A stretch of DNA of 64,000 bases, from the NCBI GenBank assembly GCA_028023455.1, contig JAQFVV010000010.1:15438001-15502000 (forward strand). The letters are read 5' to 3'. The position numbers and the translations under genes were made by a program. The stretch comes from Epiperipatus broadwayi. Lineage: Eukaryota > Animalia > Onychophora. The notes under the pieces were generated by a model, which had not been told where the DNA came from, did not search any database, and saw only the letters and a list, made by a program, of their open reading frames with translations. Below are positions 27,520 through 41,340 of this stretch, one piece after another; positions within the stretch are counted from its first letter, which is position 1; the number at the start of each line of letters is the position of its first letter.

Positions 27520-29652
27520 TTCATATTTACTTAAAAAATTAAAATAATAAAAACTTATACTATATCTATTTTTTATTACAACTAAGGATATTCTAAATGA
27601 TATGTTTTTAAGTCCATATTTACTTTGGAATTTATGTTATTATTTTACCATTACCCATTTTAAATTTTCACTTAAATTCTTCAAACTATAAGTTTTTTTA
27701 CCAAAAGTCAAAAACATTTTATATCTAATTCTTGATTTTACCACTCCCAAATGTTACCTTTCATTTTATTGCTTTAGAAATATACACATTTTCTTAAATT
27801 TTATACAGCTTTATATTTAGAAAACATTTAATTACCCAAAAGATTGTATCATATAAAAAAAAAAAGTGAGTCATTAAATGTGCTTTCATGTAACCCAAAT
27901 AAATATATTAATAAACATGATGTATATGGTATTTTAAGAAGGAAAAATGGTTGCTACCATAGAAAATGTGTCAAATTTATGACTTTTAATGTTTCTATTT
28001 TTTATATATACAGTATACTATATTGCCTTTTTGTTTATATATATATTTTTTGGATAGTATGTAATTGAAATAGTGTATATTAACATTTAAATAGTTTATA
28101 TTAACATTTAAAGAAAAAAATTTTGTTTATTACTACTTGTCAGTTTCAGATTTTATATATCTTAATGAAATGACAAGAAAGTTTCAGATATTATTTTTAT
28201 AGCTTTTTTTTTAAATAGATAAATTAAGAAGGATGATATCTTAATCTTATTTTGCATTTTAAAATTCAAGAAATTATTTCAAAAAAATTTTTCATTCGGC
28301 TTTTAACTGTTTTTTTCAATTATTTCTGTATTTAAGAATTGCACAATTGGAAGTCTCATTATATCGGAATAAAATTCATCATTTATTTTTATATATTTAT
28401 TTATTCTGTGATTAATTGCCAGAATATTTCATATTCCAGCAAGTGGAGGGTTAAAGATATAGTTCCATTCAATTGTTGAAATTATAATTGTTTTTTTTTT
28501 AATAATGTAATAGTGATTTTGATCATATGAATTTAATCCTTTTATATCAGGCAACACAAATAAAATATCTTCCAGAATAATTAAATAATTAGATATTTTG
28601 TTTTTAATTAAAGAGTTGATACAAAATATTAACATTTGTTAATCATTACGTTGTGTTATATTATCTCTACAATGAACTTTTTTTAATGTATAAAGCAAGG
28701 GTGGCCAATATTTTAGATTCCATGCACAGATTTTTTCACCTTTGAGTTTGCATATAATTTTTATACTACTATTCAATTTTTATATAAAATACAGTATGCT
28801 ATAGATAAATAATATTTATGATTTTCTTTTTCTATAATACATTACGAAAAAAATGTTAAAGTTTAAATATTGCTTACTATAATGAGATTTGAATCCATTT
28901 TGTTTTGACTCAACTTAATGTTCGGAATTAAGCAGAAATTTTTTTTTGTTTTTTATCAATTTTATTGATGAAAATTTTCATAAAGAACAAATTTGCAAGA
29001 CCTAAAAAGAACAAACAATTACAAAATAAAAATTAAAAATAATTATGGATTTATTCTGAATTAATCTTTAAAATTAGTTAAATATGAAATATCTATTTAC
29101 TGATTGTATGTGGAACAAATTTTTTTTTAGTTTGACTCTGAATTTGAATTTTTATTGTACTTTTTTTTCTTCTAATTAGTAATAAAAATTAATTTTTAAT
29201 TACAGTATTATATTACAAGTTGTGGCCTTTTATTTTTATAATCAGGGGTTCATTGTACCAAAATTAATACACCAGAATTCCAAATTTGGTGCATGTACCA
29301 TAAGTTGACGATCTCGGATGGAAAGTTTTATTAATGTGAATTATAAATTAACTACAAAGTTGATATTTCAATTTATCAAAGAATTTTTCTCTTATGAATA
29401 GATTAGATTGTATGGTCAGGATTATTTATTGTTATCCATAAAATAAAATAATAGAAATTATAGTTGAAAATTATCAATTTTTAAAAATAAATTCTTTCAA
29501 TTTTTTTGGGGGAAGTATTGGACAAATGTACATTCTACAATTTTGAGGAAAAACCAAATAAAAGATAGTTGAGGTAATTTTATTTAGTTATTCTTATTTA
29601 AAATTATAAGAAATATTTTAGAATTTATTGAAATATTCCTTTGTAATAATAT

Positions 29653-30009
29653 GTATTAGTAATATTAGCGATTAAGCCAATGCACTTGCGCTTTAAAGAT
29701 AAATTATAAATGAATACTCTCAATTTTTGAGACACGAGATATAGTATTTTAGAAAGAATGGAATGAATCCACCCATTCTTTAAAGTGATCGTGTAACACC
29801 TTCACACTCTTATTTTTCCATACACTTAAGATTTGCCCATACATAAACATTTGGGTTGAAAGAATGGGTGGATTCATTCCATTCTTTCTAAAATGCTATA
29901 TCTCGTGTCTGAAAAAATTGAGAGTATTCATTTATAATTTATCTTTAAAGCGCATGTGCATTGGCTTAATCGCTAATATTACTATTACATAAAAAACAGC
30001 GCTATATAA
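29653..30009. mobile_element. Family C foldback element (about 130-bp near-perfect arms, one-sided GCGCTATATAAAAT tail)
   Basis: About 29652-29782 mirrors about 29859-29985. Flanks AATAATAT at 29645-29652 and 30010-30017. Confidence 0.82.
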
Positions 30010-30355
30010 AATAATATCTCGGTAATATATAGTTTTTTTAATTTGATTTTATGTATATATAATGCTACTTTAAATCATAGTTTAATCTTCAAGACAAGCA
30101 TATGTGCCTGGTAGGATTGATAAATTTATGTTTGTTATCTGGATTTACCCATTGTCTGATTATTTTTTCACATAATAGGGCGTAACTGAATGAGTCATAA
30201 TTGATTTAATTCACAAAAATAGACTATTATTAGGAAATTGTCTTTGAATTAAAAAAATATTTGTTAGATTAGTCTTTATAGAATAGATACATAAAGGATT
30301 AGATATAAGATAGAGATGTTGCCCATGTTATAGTATATAAACTTAAACTAGATGT

Positions 30356-30475
30356 AATTAGAGGGGATTTGATCCAGACTTTTAGGCTCACTTCAGATAT
30401 CTACTCAATGTTATACAAGATAGAGTGGATGACTGAAAGGAGCTTGAAAGTTTGAGTTCAAATCCCCTTTAATTA
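30356..30475. mobile_element. Family A minimal hairpin copy
   Basis: TAATTAGAGGGGATTTGA...TTCAAATCCCCTTTAATTA with family A internal sequence. Confidence 0.7.
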
Positions 30476-31829
30476 TACTTGAATTATTTTTTTTTTAAAT
30501 TAGCATTGGATGAGGGGGAGGTCATTGCATCAGTTTTACTGATGACATGGCATTGTCTGAAAATACAGATGTTCTTAACAAAATACCATCTAGGTTTATA
30601 GAAAGTTTAGGATGAAAATCAATGAATATAATTGGAAGCAATAAAAGATTTAAAGAATGACATGAGGAAGTTTTAAAATATTAAGTGTCCAAAAATTTTG
30701 TTATCTAATGATTGTAATATTAATAGGTATTATTAAAATGAGAATTATAAGGATTAAAAGGCTTTTTAATAAGAGCAAGTTATTTTAAGATAAAAAAGAC
30801 ATCAGTTTTGGTTAGAGTGTGACTTCATGTAGTGAACAGACAATATAGAAAACAAAAAAATATTTAAAAAACGAGAAACTAAATTAGGCATAATCAAAAG
30901 CAGAATTTATTTTGAGTCTAGAACTGATTAACAATTATGAGTCTTAAGAACAAACAGAATAGAAAGATTTAGAGAGGGCTGATATGCAGAAATGATGGTA
31001 ATTAATTAAAGATTTTTTTAAAAATATATTTATAAAATAATAAAATTTTTTTAAAGATATCCTTTTATTATGCTATCTATCCTCCCTCAGATAAAAATAG
31101 AAAATTAAGTCAGTCAGTGGTCGATTGACATTAATGAAAATAGATCTCATAGATGGATGATATTTTAAACATATGTTTAAGATTAACATTTTTACTTAAG
31201 ATGCAACTTACCAATAACAGTAGAGAAATTTTTTGTGCTGTTATATTTTATTAAAGTTTGTTGAATATTAACTTGGGAGGCTTTTATAACATTTATTATT
31301 AATGTCATTTTCCAAACATTAAAAAAAAGTTTATGCATGTTTGTTTTTGAAAATATGATTTGCTGTGATTTTTTTTTATGAAGCTTTAAAGTTTAACTTT
31401 ATAATAATGTTCTTATCAATTTAACATTTTTTTTTGTTGATTTTGATCGTCTTGTATTTGAACTTTGAACAAAGTGAAAAAGATAATTAAAATAAGACAA
31501 TTAAACTTGAAAATATTTCCTGGGAAATTTTTGACTAAAATCTTTTCAATGTAAAATCATTTATATAATCTTTAATGTTGACAAAGTAATTTAATTGTTT
31601 CAACTATTCAGAATAAAACTTTTTTGTATGTCACTAACATTTATTTATCTTTTTCAGTGATTATCTTCATTTTATATCACTTTTGATCCAGCTTATTGGA
31701 TTAGTAAAGCAATTCTTTATTTCATTTTTTTTTTGTCATTTTTTTATAGTATAAATAACTTATTTTTTGTTATTAGTTTTATAATTGGGGTATGTTCTTT
31801 TGAGTTTCTCTGATTTTTAGCTTCTCCAC

Positions 31830-32760
31830 ATCACACCAGCAAACTTTATCTATCTCAAATGTGATCTCTTTCTTGGTCTTTTATAACTTTTAGTTCAAGT
31901 TTAAAATGTCAACTATCCATCTATTATTTCTTTTAGAAATATGTCCAGTTTTTATTCCGGTCTCTTAATTTTTTCAATGATGTCAGTGATACCTATTTGA
32001 TGAAGCATGGCTTTTAGGAATGGAAGCATACTTCTTTTTTTAATAATGTTTTTATTTCTCTTGCCACAACAAGAAAAATCTGAAATTCTCATATCTGTAA
32101 ATCAAAGAATATATTATCAATATATTTTTATCTTCCAAATCCTTTTAATATTTTTAAAAGTTTTAATTGTAAATTAGATCTTAGCATTGTTTGAACTTCT
32201 TATAATCAATGAGAATGCATTAGTCAAATTCATTCTCTACATATATAAAAACAATTCAACTGTTGGTAAAAAAAATTGAAAGTGAATTTTTTAAATTGCA
32301 TTTTAATTAAAGCTTTTGAAAGTTTTAGTGAATTTTTCTACGGAAGCACTCATTCCGTTCAATACATGGATGCTTTGTCCCTGTCTCGTGCATATATTTT
32401 ATTTTTAGTCTTTTCTTGTTACTTCTAACATACATCTCTCTATACTTTGTTAAATGGTCTGAAGTCTCTGTATTGCTCCTTTGTTAAGTGTCCAAGTATC
32501 AGATCCATAAATAAGATCTAGTAAAACACATTTATTAAAAACTTTCAAACATAAAGATCTATTTCCTTTTAATATTATTTCTTCCAAAAGAATTTTACCC
32601 AAATTTAATTGTATCATTAATTTTGTCAATTATGCTTCAATCTGTATTAATAATTTGACCATGATGTTTGTAGTTCTTAACTTTTTCTAATTCACCAATA
32701 TTAATTTTTCTTTTCTTCTAAGAAAATCCCTTGAACATTACTTTAGTTATCTGTACTCCT
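31830..32760 (-). mobile_element. Heavily decayed LINE RT remnant
   Basis: Reverse strand gives an RQGQSI (cf. GVRQGD) segment near 32380 and a GF motif near 32730. Otherwise weak. Confidence 0.4.
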
Positions 32761-32812
32761 ACTTTTTTATTTTCATTTGATAACTCTTACAACATTACCT
32801 GAAACTCTAAAG

Positions 32813-34300
32813 CAATATTTCTCAAACTTTTTGATATGAGGGCTCTCTGAAAAACAATAATATGTTTTCTGGTCCCCATCGATTAAAAATGTATCTACAA
32901 AGTAATATTTATAGTATGTTATGAAAATGGGGATAATAAAAAAATTTACATCTGAACAAAATCATACTATATGTTCATTACATTTATAACAAAGTAGCTA
33001 TATTTTATTATTCTTATATATATATTAATATTTTTTTGTTTACATTATGTATATAAATATGAAAAAAAAAACATGTAACAAAATTTTCCAACAATTTTCA
33101 ATAATAACTTTTATTCGTTTTTGATAACAATAATGTTTAATGATGTGGTTATGATTGAATATTATTACAAACTCTCAATATCAGGAAAAATGTTTGAAAT
33201 TGCAACTATATTAGAAAAAAAAATGACGAAAATGCAGTTTCACATAAATAAGCTACAACAAAAGGAATTAATATTTATTACTGTCTTAGAAATGGAAGAA
33301 TACTCTTGTCTGTGAATCCAAAATTTGATATTTCAGAATTACGAAATTCTATTTCAAGTGTTGTATGTCTTATTCCTATTAATTGTTCCTGAGTTGACCA
33401 TGGTAGATGCTGAAATTCTAATAAAGAAGCAAATGGCGGTCTTATCCATTCATGTTCTTTGTTTTCATCTAAATTGGAAAAATACTTTTTGAAAAAAAAT
33501 ATACAATTCTCAAGGTGATTAATTATTATATTTCTATTCAGATATCAAAATATTATTTTCTTCAATAAATTCATGAAGAGATGGGAATATTTCTGTACTA
33601 CAATTTTTATAAACTATGTGTCCATGCAGATAATTTACTTTGGAAAGCTTGCAATCTTGTATTTACACATATTTGTATTTTGTCCTTGCAAAAGAGATTG
33701 AATTCATTCACTTTTTGATCGCAAAACTGTATTGCTAATTTATGGCTTTTATCAATTAGAAAAATTCTCAAATTATCTTTTAATTATAAAAGTCTTAAGA
33801 TAACTTTTCCGCAGGATAGCCAACTCAGTTCTGTACGGTGCAAAAGCATTTCATAATTAGAATCTATTTCTTGGCATAAAATACAAAACAGTCTTGTATT
33901 GGTAGCATTGTTTTTTTTATGTAATTTACTACATTCGTAACTTCTGATAGTATTTTACTAAGAGTTGCTTACAAATTTTAAAAAAACTAAATTTTCCCTA
34001 TGCATTCTAGAAAACTTTTTTATATTCTGCCATTCATGGTGCAGCACTGTCAGTGCAAATTCCAACACTTTCACATTCCCTTTGTAGTATCAAGAAGTTT
34101 TTGCAAAATAGATGTTCATGAATTTGAAAATTATGCAGATATATCACAGAAACCATTAAATTAGCATTGTTTGTATTGTCAGTTGATTGAATGACAAAAG
34201 AACATTCCCAATTGCAGCGTAGTTGAAATTGACAGATCTAAACTACTTATAGCATATAAAAAATGTAATTAAATATAACACTTTTTTTTTTAAGTTTTTA
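32813..34300 (-). mobile_element. Decayed hAT Buster/Charlie-type transposase with a TIR-like end
   Basis: VGICTDSAAP*M (cf. ICTDGAPAM) at about 34030-34070, STDNTNNANLMV (cf. STD..N.AQL) near 34170, CAATATTTCTCAAAC end at about 32813. Confidence 0.65.
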
Positions 34301-34439
34301 TTTACTATTTTTATTATTATTATTTTTAAAAGAGTAACATAATCGATTTATTATTTTGTGGGGTAAAACTTCAAAAATTTTAATCACGGGTACAGCCATA
34401 CCTGTGCATATCTGCTGAATATCACCCCTATAAATAATT

Positions 34440-35800
34440 CTTATAGAATTTTGCCACACATTTCATGATTGTCATCCCTTTTTATAGTAATAGTTCCATC
34501 TTTTCTTTTTATTGCAAAAATAAGTTTCCTACTAATACCCAAGATGTTCTACAATTCTAAAAATTTTATTCTCTTCTATAGCTTTTTATGCTAATTCACA
34601 ATTATATTTTCTTATATTATTATGAATTCTTTTTTGAACCATTTTACAAAATTCTAGATACTCAATTCTTTGTAATGGATCATTTTTAAAAAATTTATCA
34701 GTAAATTGCTGCTTTTTAGTATCAGCTATCTTTTTTGCAGTTCTTAATAGAGTATTAGTTACTTTTCTTTTGATTTCATCCAAATGGAACCATATTCAAA
34801 ATCTGTTAACATTACAAAATGATTTGGCAGTTCTTATTTAAATTCCATTGAAATGTTTATGAAGAGTAGAAATACCACCTGTGAATATTGTTTTTCATAA
34901 TAATTTTGTCTCTAGTTTTATATTAACACATATCTTGTATCTCATTAATCAATGATCATTTTCTGTGTTGAGTCTATTAAGAACATTACAAAATTGAAAT
35001 AAATATTTTCTATTAATTAAAATGTAATACAATTGTTATACCTTCATTTGCATGCTTCCATGTCCATTTACAATTAGCATTTTTCTCAAAGAATTCAAAG
35101 TATAGTTTTTCTGTATAGTTTACAAGTGTATTTCCACCACCATAATCAAATTTACAGTATTTTCATCTCTCATTCATTTTTCATGATAGTTTTAAAATCT
35201 TTGATCTGAAGAAAAGCATTTTGTACATTCAAAAAACATTATACTTTTTTATTACAATGAGAACTTGTTGGGATATATACTGAATTTGGAATTTTCCATT
35301 AAATTTAGTTAATCTTACTACTCTGATACTGAGATAAATATAATTAAGATCACCTTTAAAGTTTACTCATTTCATGTTATAGGTTTTATGATGATGACTG
35401 TGTCATTGGTAACCAATATAATCATGGTTCATGATGGCACTGAGATAATATTGATATAATGATCCCAGTCTTTTTTTTTTTGAAATTATTATTTTAGCAG
35501 CCATGTTTGTGAATGAAACAGAAATATTAATGATTGTTCTTTTATAATATTATACCCCAAATTTGCCATTAGCTTGATGTTTAACTAAGATTTTATGTTA
35601 TGCGCCTTTTAAATCCAATCACAAAGAATGATTGTTTATTAATGGGCTGCTGATATATTGTTGCCTTTTGATGATTATTAGTTGCTGATGATATATTTAT
35701 TACTTATACTCGCTTCTGATGCTTATTCATTACTATATTAATTCATTTATGTGCATCTCCCCTAATGACGCCGAGTATTATTCAACCCTCATTACCCCTT
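34440..35800 (-). mobile_element. RTE-clade LINE remnant (AP endonuclease plus linker)
   Basis: FFEKNANCKWTW near 35080, RIEYLEFCKMVQKRIHNNIRKYN, IFAIKRKDG. Confidence 0.7.
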
Positions 35801-36103
35801 CATTCTATATCAGTTTTGTAGTAGACGTTTTTTTTTTCCATTCGTGTATTATTTAAATGTTGTACTGGTCTTTACATACACATAGGTATATAGGCAGAAT
35901 TATGAGTTGTGATAGTGGATTTTTTTTTAGTTCTTCTATAATTGATTACCTACATATAACTAATTTTGAAAACTTGGGAGTTTTTTCTTTAGTTCGATTG
36001 AACTTATTATTTTTATGAAGGTGATTGTGTGATTATTAGACTGAAATGTCACCCATGTCTAATTGTATCAAAATTACATGAATATTCATTTTTGAACATG
36101 TTT

Positions 36104-36533
36104 AATAACATTTGTCTAAATCGCAGGTTGTTATTAAATTAGTAATAATTGAAAGGTTGCTAGTCTTTCACATGTGCCTACAGTTGTTTTCAGACAGCCA
36201 ATCAGATTTTTAAACAGCTGTCTTTAAGAACGATCAGGCCTTGACACATGACAGAGATTTTGATAAGAAAAGGATGATACCACCTTCTCTCAACTTAACT
36301 TTTTATATATATAAGCTAGTCTTAAGCATCTTGGCTCGAAAGCTTGAAAATATAAACATATTAATTTATTACTCACTGAGTTTTTAATTTATGATATTAC
36401 AGTGCGAAATCTTAGATTTACTACACCGCAATTTTTTAGATGTTAATATAATTTATCAGCAACGTATGTAAATAACATTTGTCTAAATCGCATGTTGTTA
36501 TTAAATTAGTAATAATTGAAAGGTTGCTAGTCT
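36104..36533 (+). mobile_element. Family D pLTR-like repeat (copy 2), partial tandem with period 367 bp
   Basis: AATAACATTTGTCTAAATCGCA... at 36104 and 36471, with CCAATCAG, TATATATAAGC and GCTCGAAAGCTTG inside. Confidence 0.65.
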
Positions 36534-36589
36534 AACGTGTGTACATTTTAAGCTGTTAGAACAAGTTGTTAGTTAGCTTTTGAGAAGGT

Positions 36590-37331
36590 AATAAGTATCT
36601 TGCGTACAGCTTTGGCAGAAAAATGGGTGATCGAAATTTTGAACAATGTATTAATATCACATTTTGTGTGAAAATCAGCAAATGTGCTACTGAATCATTA
36701 CAACTGTTACAGGGGGTATATGGTAAAGGTGCTATGAAGAAATCGAGTGTTTGAGTGGCATAAGAGGTTTAAAGATGGGTGAGAAGATGTGACGGATGAT
36801 CCCAGAAGCAGACAGCCAAAAATAACAATGACTGACATTAATATTAACAAAGTTTAAGATGTAATATAGTCTGACAGACATATTGATAGCTGAATAATTG
36901 CAGATTAATCAAGAAACTGACTAATTTTAAATAAAGAATTGGGCATGAGAAAGATTTTTGCGAAGTTTGAACCATGGTTCTTGACAGATGAACAGAAACA
37001 GCTGTTTGATTAGAGACCAAAAAATCAATTATACAACTAGACCATTCTGCCTATTCACCTGACTTAGCTCTCTGTGATTTTTGTTTATTTCCAAAATTAA
37101 AAACTGCACTGAAAGCACTACTATAACATATCCAACAGAATGTGAGATAGCTGTTCAACTGTATTCCTGAAAATGAGTTCCAGGTGTGCTTCCAGAAATG
37201 GGAAAGCCATTTTAGTCTGTGTATAGATGCACAAGGGGACTACTTTGAAGGCAACAGTAGCCGCTAGTGTACATTTCCACGTGTATATTTTATAAAAGTG
37301 CATTCCAGGAATTAAATTGCCACACCTCATA
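36590..37331 (+). mobile_element. Internally deleted mariner element
   Basis: ATG at 36623: MGDRNFEQCINITFCVK...VFEWHKRFKDG*EDVTDDPRS. C-terminal YSPDLALCDFCLFPKLK. Right end ...CACACCTCATA. DD34D core mostly deleted; left TIR not seen. Confidence 0.88.
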
Positions 37332-37735
37332 CATATTTAAACATATGCAAAATCCTATGCTAGTTATATGTAAGCATGAATATCATTGCAGACCAAATGT
37401 GTTAAATAGACTATAAAAATATATTAATTGGATTAATGCAGTTGAGACTTGTGAATAAATCTATTGCTAAATTGCTTCAGTGTCATATAGGCAAAGATGG
37501 TAACTGAAGCAACTTTCTAGTTAGACATTTAAATATAAATTTATTACTTAATTTCTTTTTTTGTGCCTGATTATTTCTAAATATTTATATTTGTATTGCT
37601 TGGTCTTTCATTATCTTGGGGAGGGGGGGATTATTTCACTTGTATTTTTTGTGTGTCAATTGCCAAGACCATATCTCTTGTTTCAAAATAAGGTTTTAAT
37701 GATATATATAAAGTATTCATATTAGTATTTAATTA

Positions 37736-37848
37736 TTATATATAGAGCTCACAAAACAAACTCTTAACAAGCTTTGTAGAATACCCACAACCTCAGACCG
37801 GTTTCTAAACAGCTTGTTAAGAGTTTGTTTTGTGAGCTCTATATATAA
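37736..37848. repeat. Perfect 38-bp inverted repeat with 37-nt spacer
   Basis: TTATATATAGAGCTCACAAAACAAACTCTTAACAAGCT (37736-37773) and exact reverse complement (37811-37848). Confidence 0.93.
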
Positions 37849-40701
37849 CATTTATAAACACAAGCTTTATTAAATGAGGTCGTGTGACATCTGACTTTAT
37901 TTTTTTTGTAATAGTATTTAATTAATAGTTTATCAGAAATTCATTTTTAATCTTTTGCTTAGTTAAAATTATATGCTTAGTTTTTTTTTTTTTTATTAGT
38001 TTTACATTTTAATACATTATTATATTTTATGTAGTGTTTTCATGAAATGTGTTGTTTTTTTTAACTTTATCTGATTAGTTGTAATAAATATCTGATACTT
38101 TTTTTTAATGGCTACTCTTTTTTTGAGTTTTTGTCCAAGTCTTATATTATACTCTGTATTTTATATAACTGCATACTTCTCTCTAAATGCTACACTATGT
38201 AATTAAATCAAAAACTTTTTTTATAGATTTACAAAATTGGCATGATTATAACTTTTCCAGATTTTTTCAGATTAAGTTTAATTCAGCAGTATCCCTCCTT
38301 CACTGTTATAATCTTCCTGTGTCTCATGTTGTTGAAAACTTAAATTTTTATATTTATATAATCAAAGAAGTATTGGATTTCTTATTTTATAATCAAAGAA
38401 ATAAGTAAATAATAAAAAAATTATTATTTATAGTATTTAGTTCTCACTTTTTTCATAATTCATCTAAGTGTATTCTTACAAATGGTTGATTTATGTTAGC
38501 TGAATTATTAATAAGTCACTCCCACTCCACTTTAACTCACTTCACTATATATATTTTTTGTTTTAAAAAAAATGGAATAGAAACATGATATGCCAATTGG
38601 GCTTTTTTTAATTTATTAGTATTTTCTTCTTTCATTTTTGTTTGTACAGTGTGTATGTAGTCTTTAAGGGGTCTGGGGCATTATAAATTTTGTTCTCTCC
38701 TCCCCTTCAATTAAATGAAAATAATTAAACATAACAGCCGTTTCTCAAACTTATGAGTTTTGCCAAAATGTTAGGGGTGCAAAATGAAAGAAAAATTATA
38801 TAAACACTAGCAGTCAATATAATTAATACTATAATAGATTAAAGAAACAACATTCATTAAATATCATTAATTTTATTTCTTAGTTAATGTTTTTATTTTT
38901 TGATAAAATTGTAATTTTAATCCCCCCCCCCCTTTCCAAGTAAGAGATTGAAATAAATATAATTCAAAAAATTTTTAGTTATTCCAAATTTTCTGAAATG
39001 TACAGTTTTGCCTGATTAATGTAATTATTTGATTTGAATAATTATTAGTACTAATTCAAACAGTACTCTTTTATTACTATTGACTCTATTTTGTTAGATT
39101 GCAAAATTTAATACTTTTATAATGTTTCAGTCTGCAGTATCAATAAAGACAAATTTGTTGGGTCACTGTAAAAAGATTGAAGAACGCTAATGCTCAATAT
39201 ATATATATTTAAATTTGTAACAAACATAAAATACAAAAATAAAAAACAAAATAACACAAAAACAAGAAAAAAATGTATACACAATTTTAAGTATAATAAA
39301 ATATTGTTTATATACATATAAAAACCTTTACAAAATCAAATTTATTCAAATAATTTGGTCACTAACATCAAATACTCTTACTAAACAGTCATATATACTT
39401 TTGGATGCAGCAATTTTATCAAAGTTTTCATAATTTAAGATTTGCATATATCATTTTTCTATAATCATTATTGACAAAATTTGCAAATTATTTTGCTCAA
39501 GACTATTCCTTAAATAATTTTTATGCATTAAGTACAGAAATCATTCTCCAGATGCATTCCATATTGGTAGTGTTAAATTTTTTTTTTTTTAAATAGTTTC
39601 AACATAAGGAAAGACTGATTGTAAACCAATTGTTATTGTGTACATTTTAAAAGAACATATGGTATTTTCTTCTTTGATGTATTTTAAAAAATGATGAACT
39701 TCCTCACTGAGATGATGTATGATATACATCAATATTTTTATACTGATTTCATAAATTTTAATATTTTTAAAATCATTTCCTCCAAATATTTAGGACATGA
39801 TTTTCAATTTATATATAATAAAAAAACAAAAAATCGTTTTTTAACATTTTCATTGTTCATTGTTAACACTTCTATTATATATATATAAATGAACATTTGT
39901 AATAACTCAATTAATATTGCATTAATCTTGAAATTTACACGATTTTCTTTTTTTTTTGGGGGGGGGGGGTTGCATAAACTATGGATTTTTGCTTTATAAT
40001 ATTTGTTTTAAAAACTTTGGTAATTCGCAATATAAAAATGTATCTGAATCATTACCATTTTCTAATGAGTCATAAAAACACAAAAAGAAGGCAGTACTGA
40101 TTAAAGTATACAATACAGACAGAAAATGTGGCGTGTATATTGAAATATGTACTAGAGAAGTGAAGATAATTATAGTTTTTGGTAATCCAAGGTAGAATTT
40201 TATTGTGTAAATATATTTTAAATTAATTAAATTTCATTTGGAACACTTACTTAATTTCTCACTTGCAAATGGATCATGAAAAAATCCTAAAAGTTGATCA
40301 AATTCTATAATAGAATTATAGTTTGTTGATAAAGTGAAGTAAAATTTGATTTCATAATATATTGTACGTTGATTAAATTTTGTTTGTACCAATTATTTAA
40401 AGAGAAATCCTAAAAGTTATATTTTTTGTGATACTGCTGATGACAATTCATAGATTATTATTTCCAATATATAAATGCATCGAAATTATAAACATTTTCA
40501 TATAAATATATAAGTTGCGGGAACAGCTGTCTTGAAAGTTGCACAAGTTTCTTTTTGTTTTAATGATACTTAATTGTTTTAAAATTTTTGATAATTTGCA
40601 ATATAAAATGGTGTTATTGTAGTAATTTTTATGCAAGCAAGCTGTGGATACTAGCAAGAGAAAACCAGATAATGAAAATTGTCAATTATGATCAGTTATA
40701 C

Positions 40702-41162
40702 CTGGGGTGGCCAACTTTTGTGTTCATAAGATCTACTTTTTATTTTAAAAATGTATTGCGATCGACTTGCTGTCATAGGTGTAGTTTAAGTGGAGGAAGG
40801 TGTGAAATACATACTATTTTTATATATCTATCTAGTAAAAAATAACAATTATTTAATGGGCCAAAAAACTCATGTCAGAGGGAATTAAAGCAACATCAGT
40901 AATTATTAACAATATTTATTAATTCAAATTAGCTACATTAAGTCAAGATTAAAAATATTGTTTTCAATAACGATACGACTTAGTCGACTTCACCTATTTA
41001 GAATTGAAAAAAAATTTAGAACAATAACAAAAAAACTTGAAAATCTTGACTTAATTTGTTTCACTCGTTATCCCACAGCTCTTGCTAGATTGCCCTCTCG
41101 ATCGACCAAAATTGGCTTTGCGATCGACTGGTGGATCACGATTGACTTGTTGGTCACCCCTG
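40702..41162. mobile_element. hAT MITE, 461 bp
   Basis: TIR CTGGGGTGGCCAAC / GTTGGTCACCCCTG; perfect TSD AGTTATAC. Confidence 0.92.
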
Positions 41163-41340
41163 AGTTATACTACTGAATTGGATCAATTTTTACAATTTCA
41201 GTTTAAATATATTTAACATCGTGGTATGATACAAACCAAATTTAATTAATTTATCGCTGTCATAAAGAATGTTGAAATTTTAACTATTTAAATTAAAACT
41301 ATTTTATTTGACATACAACATTGTTTATAAAAATGTGTTA

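Noticed and set aside
28696-28760. hAT-like left ends at 28696 (CAAGGGTGGCCAA) and about 38734 (CAGCCGTTTCTCAAAC)
   Set aside because: No matching right TIR or TSD found, so boundaries cannot be supported.
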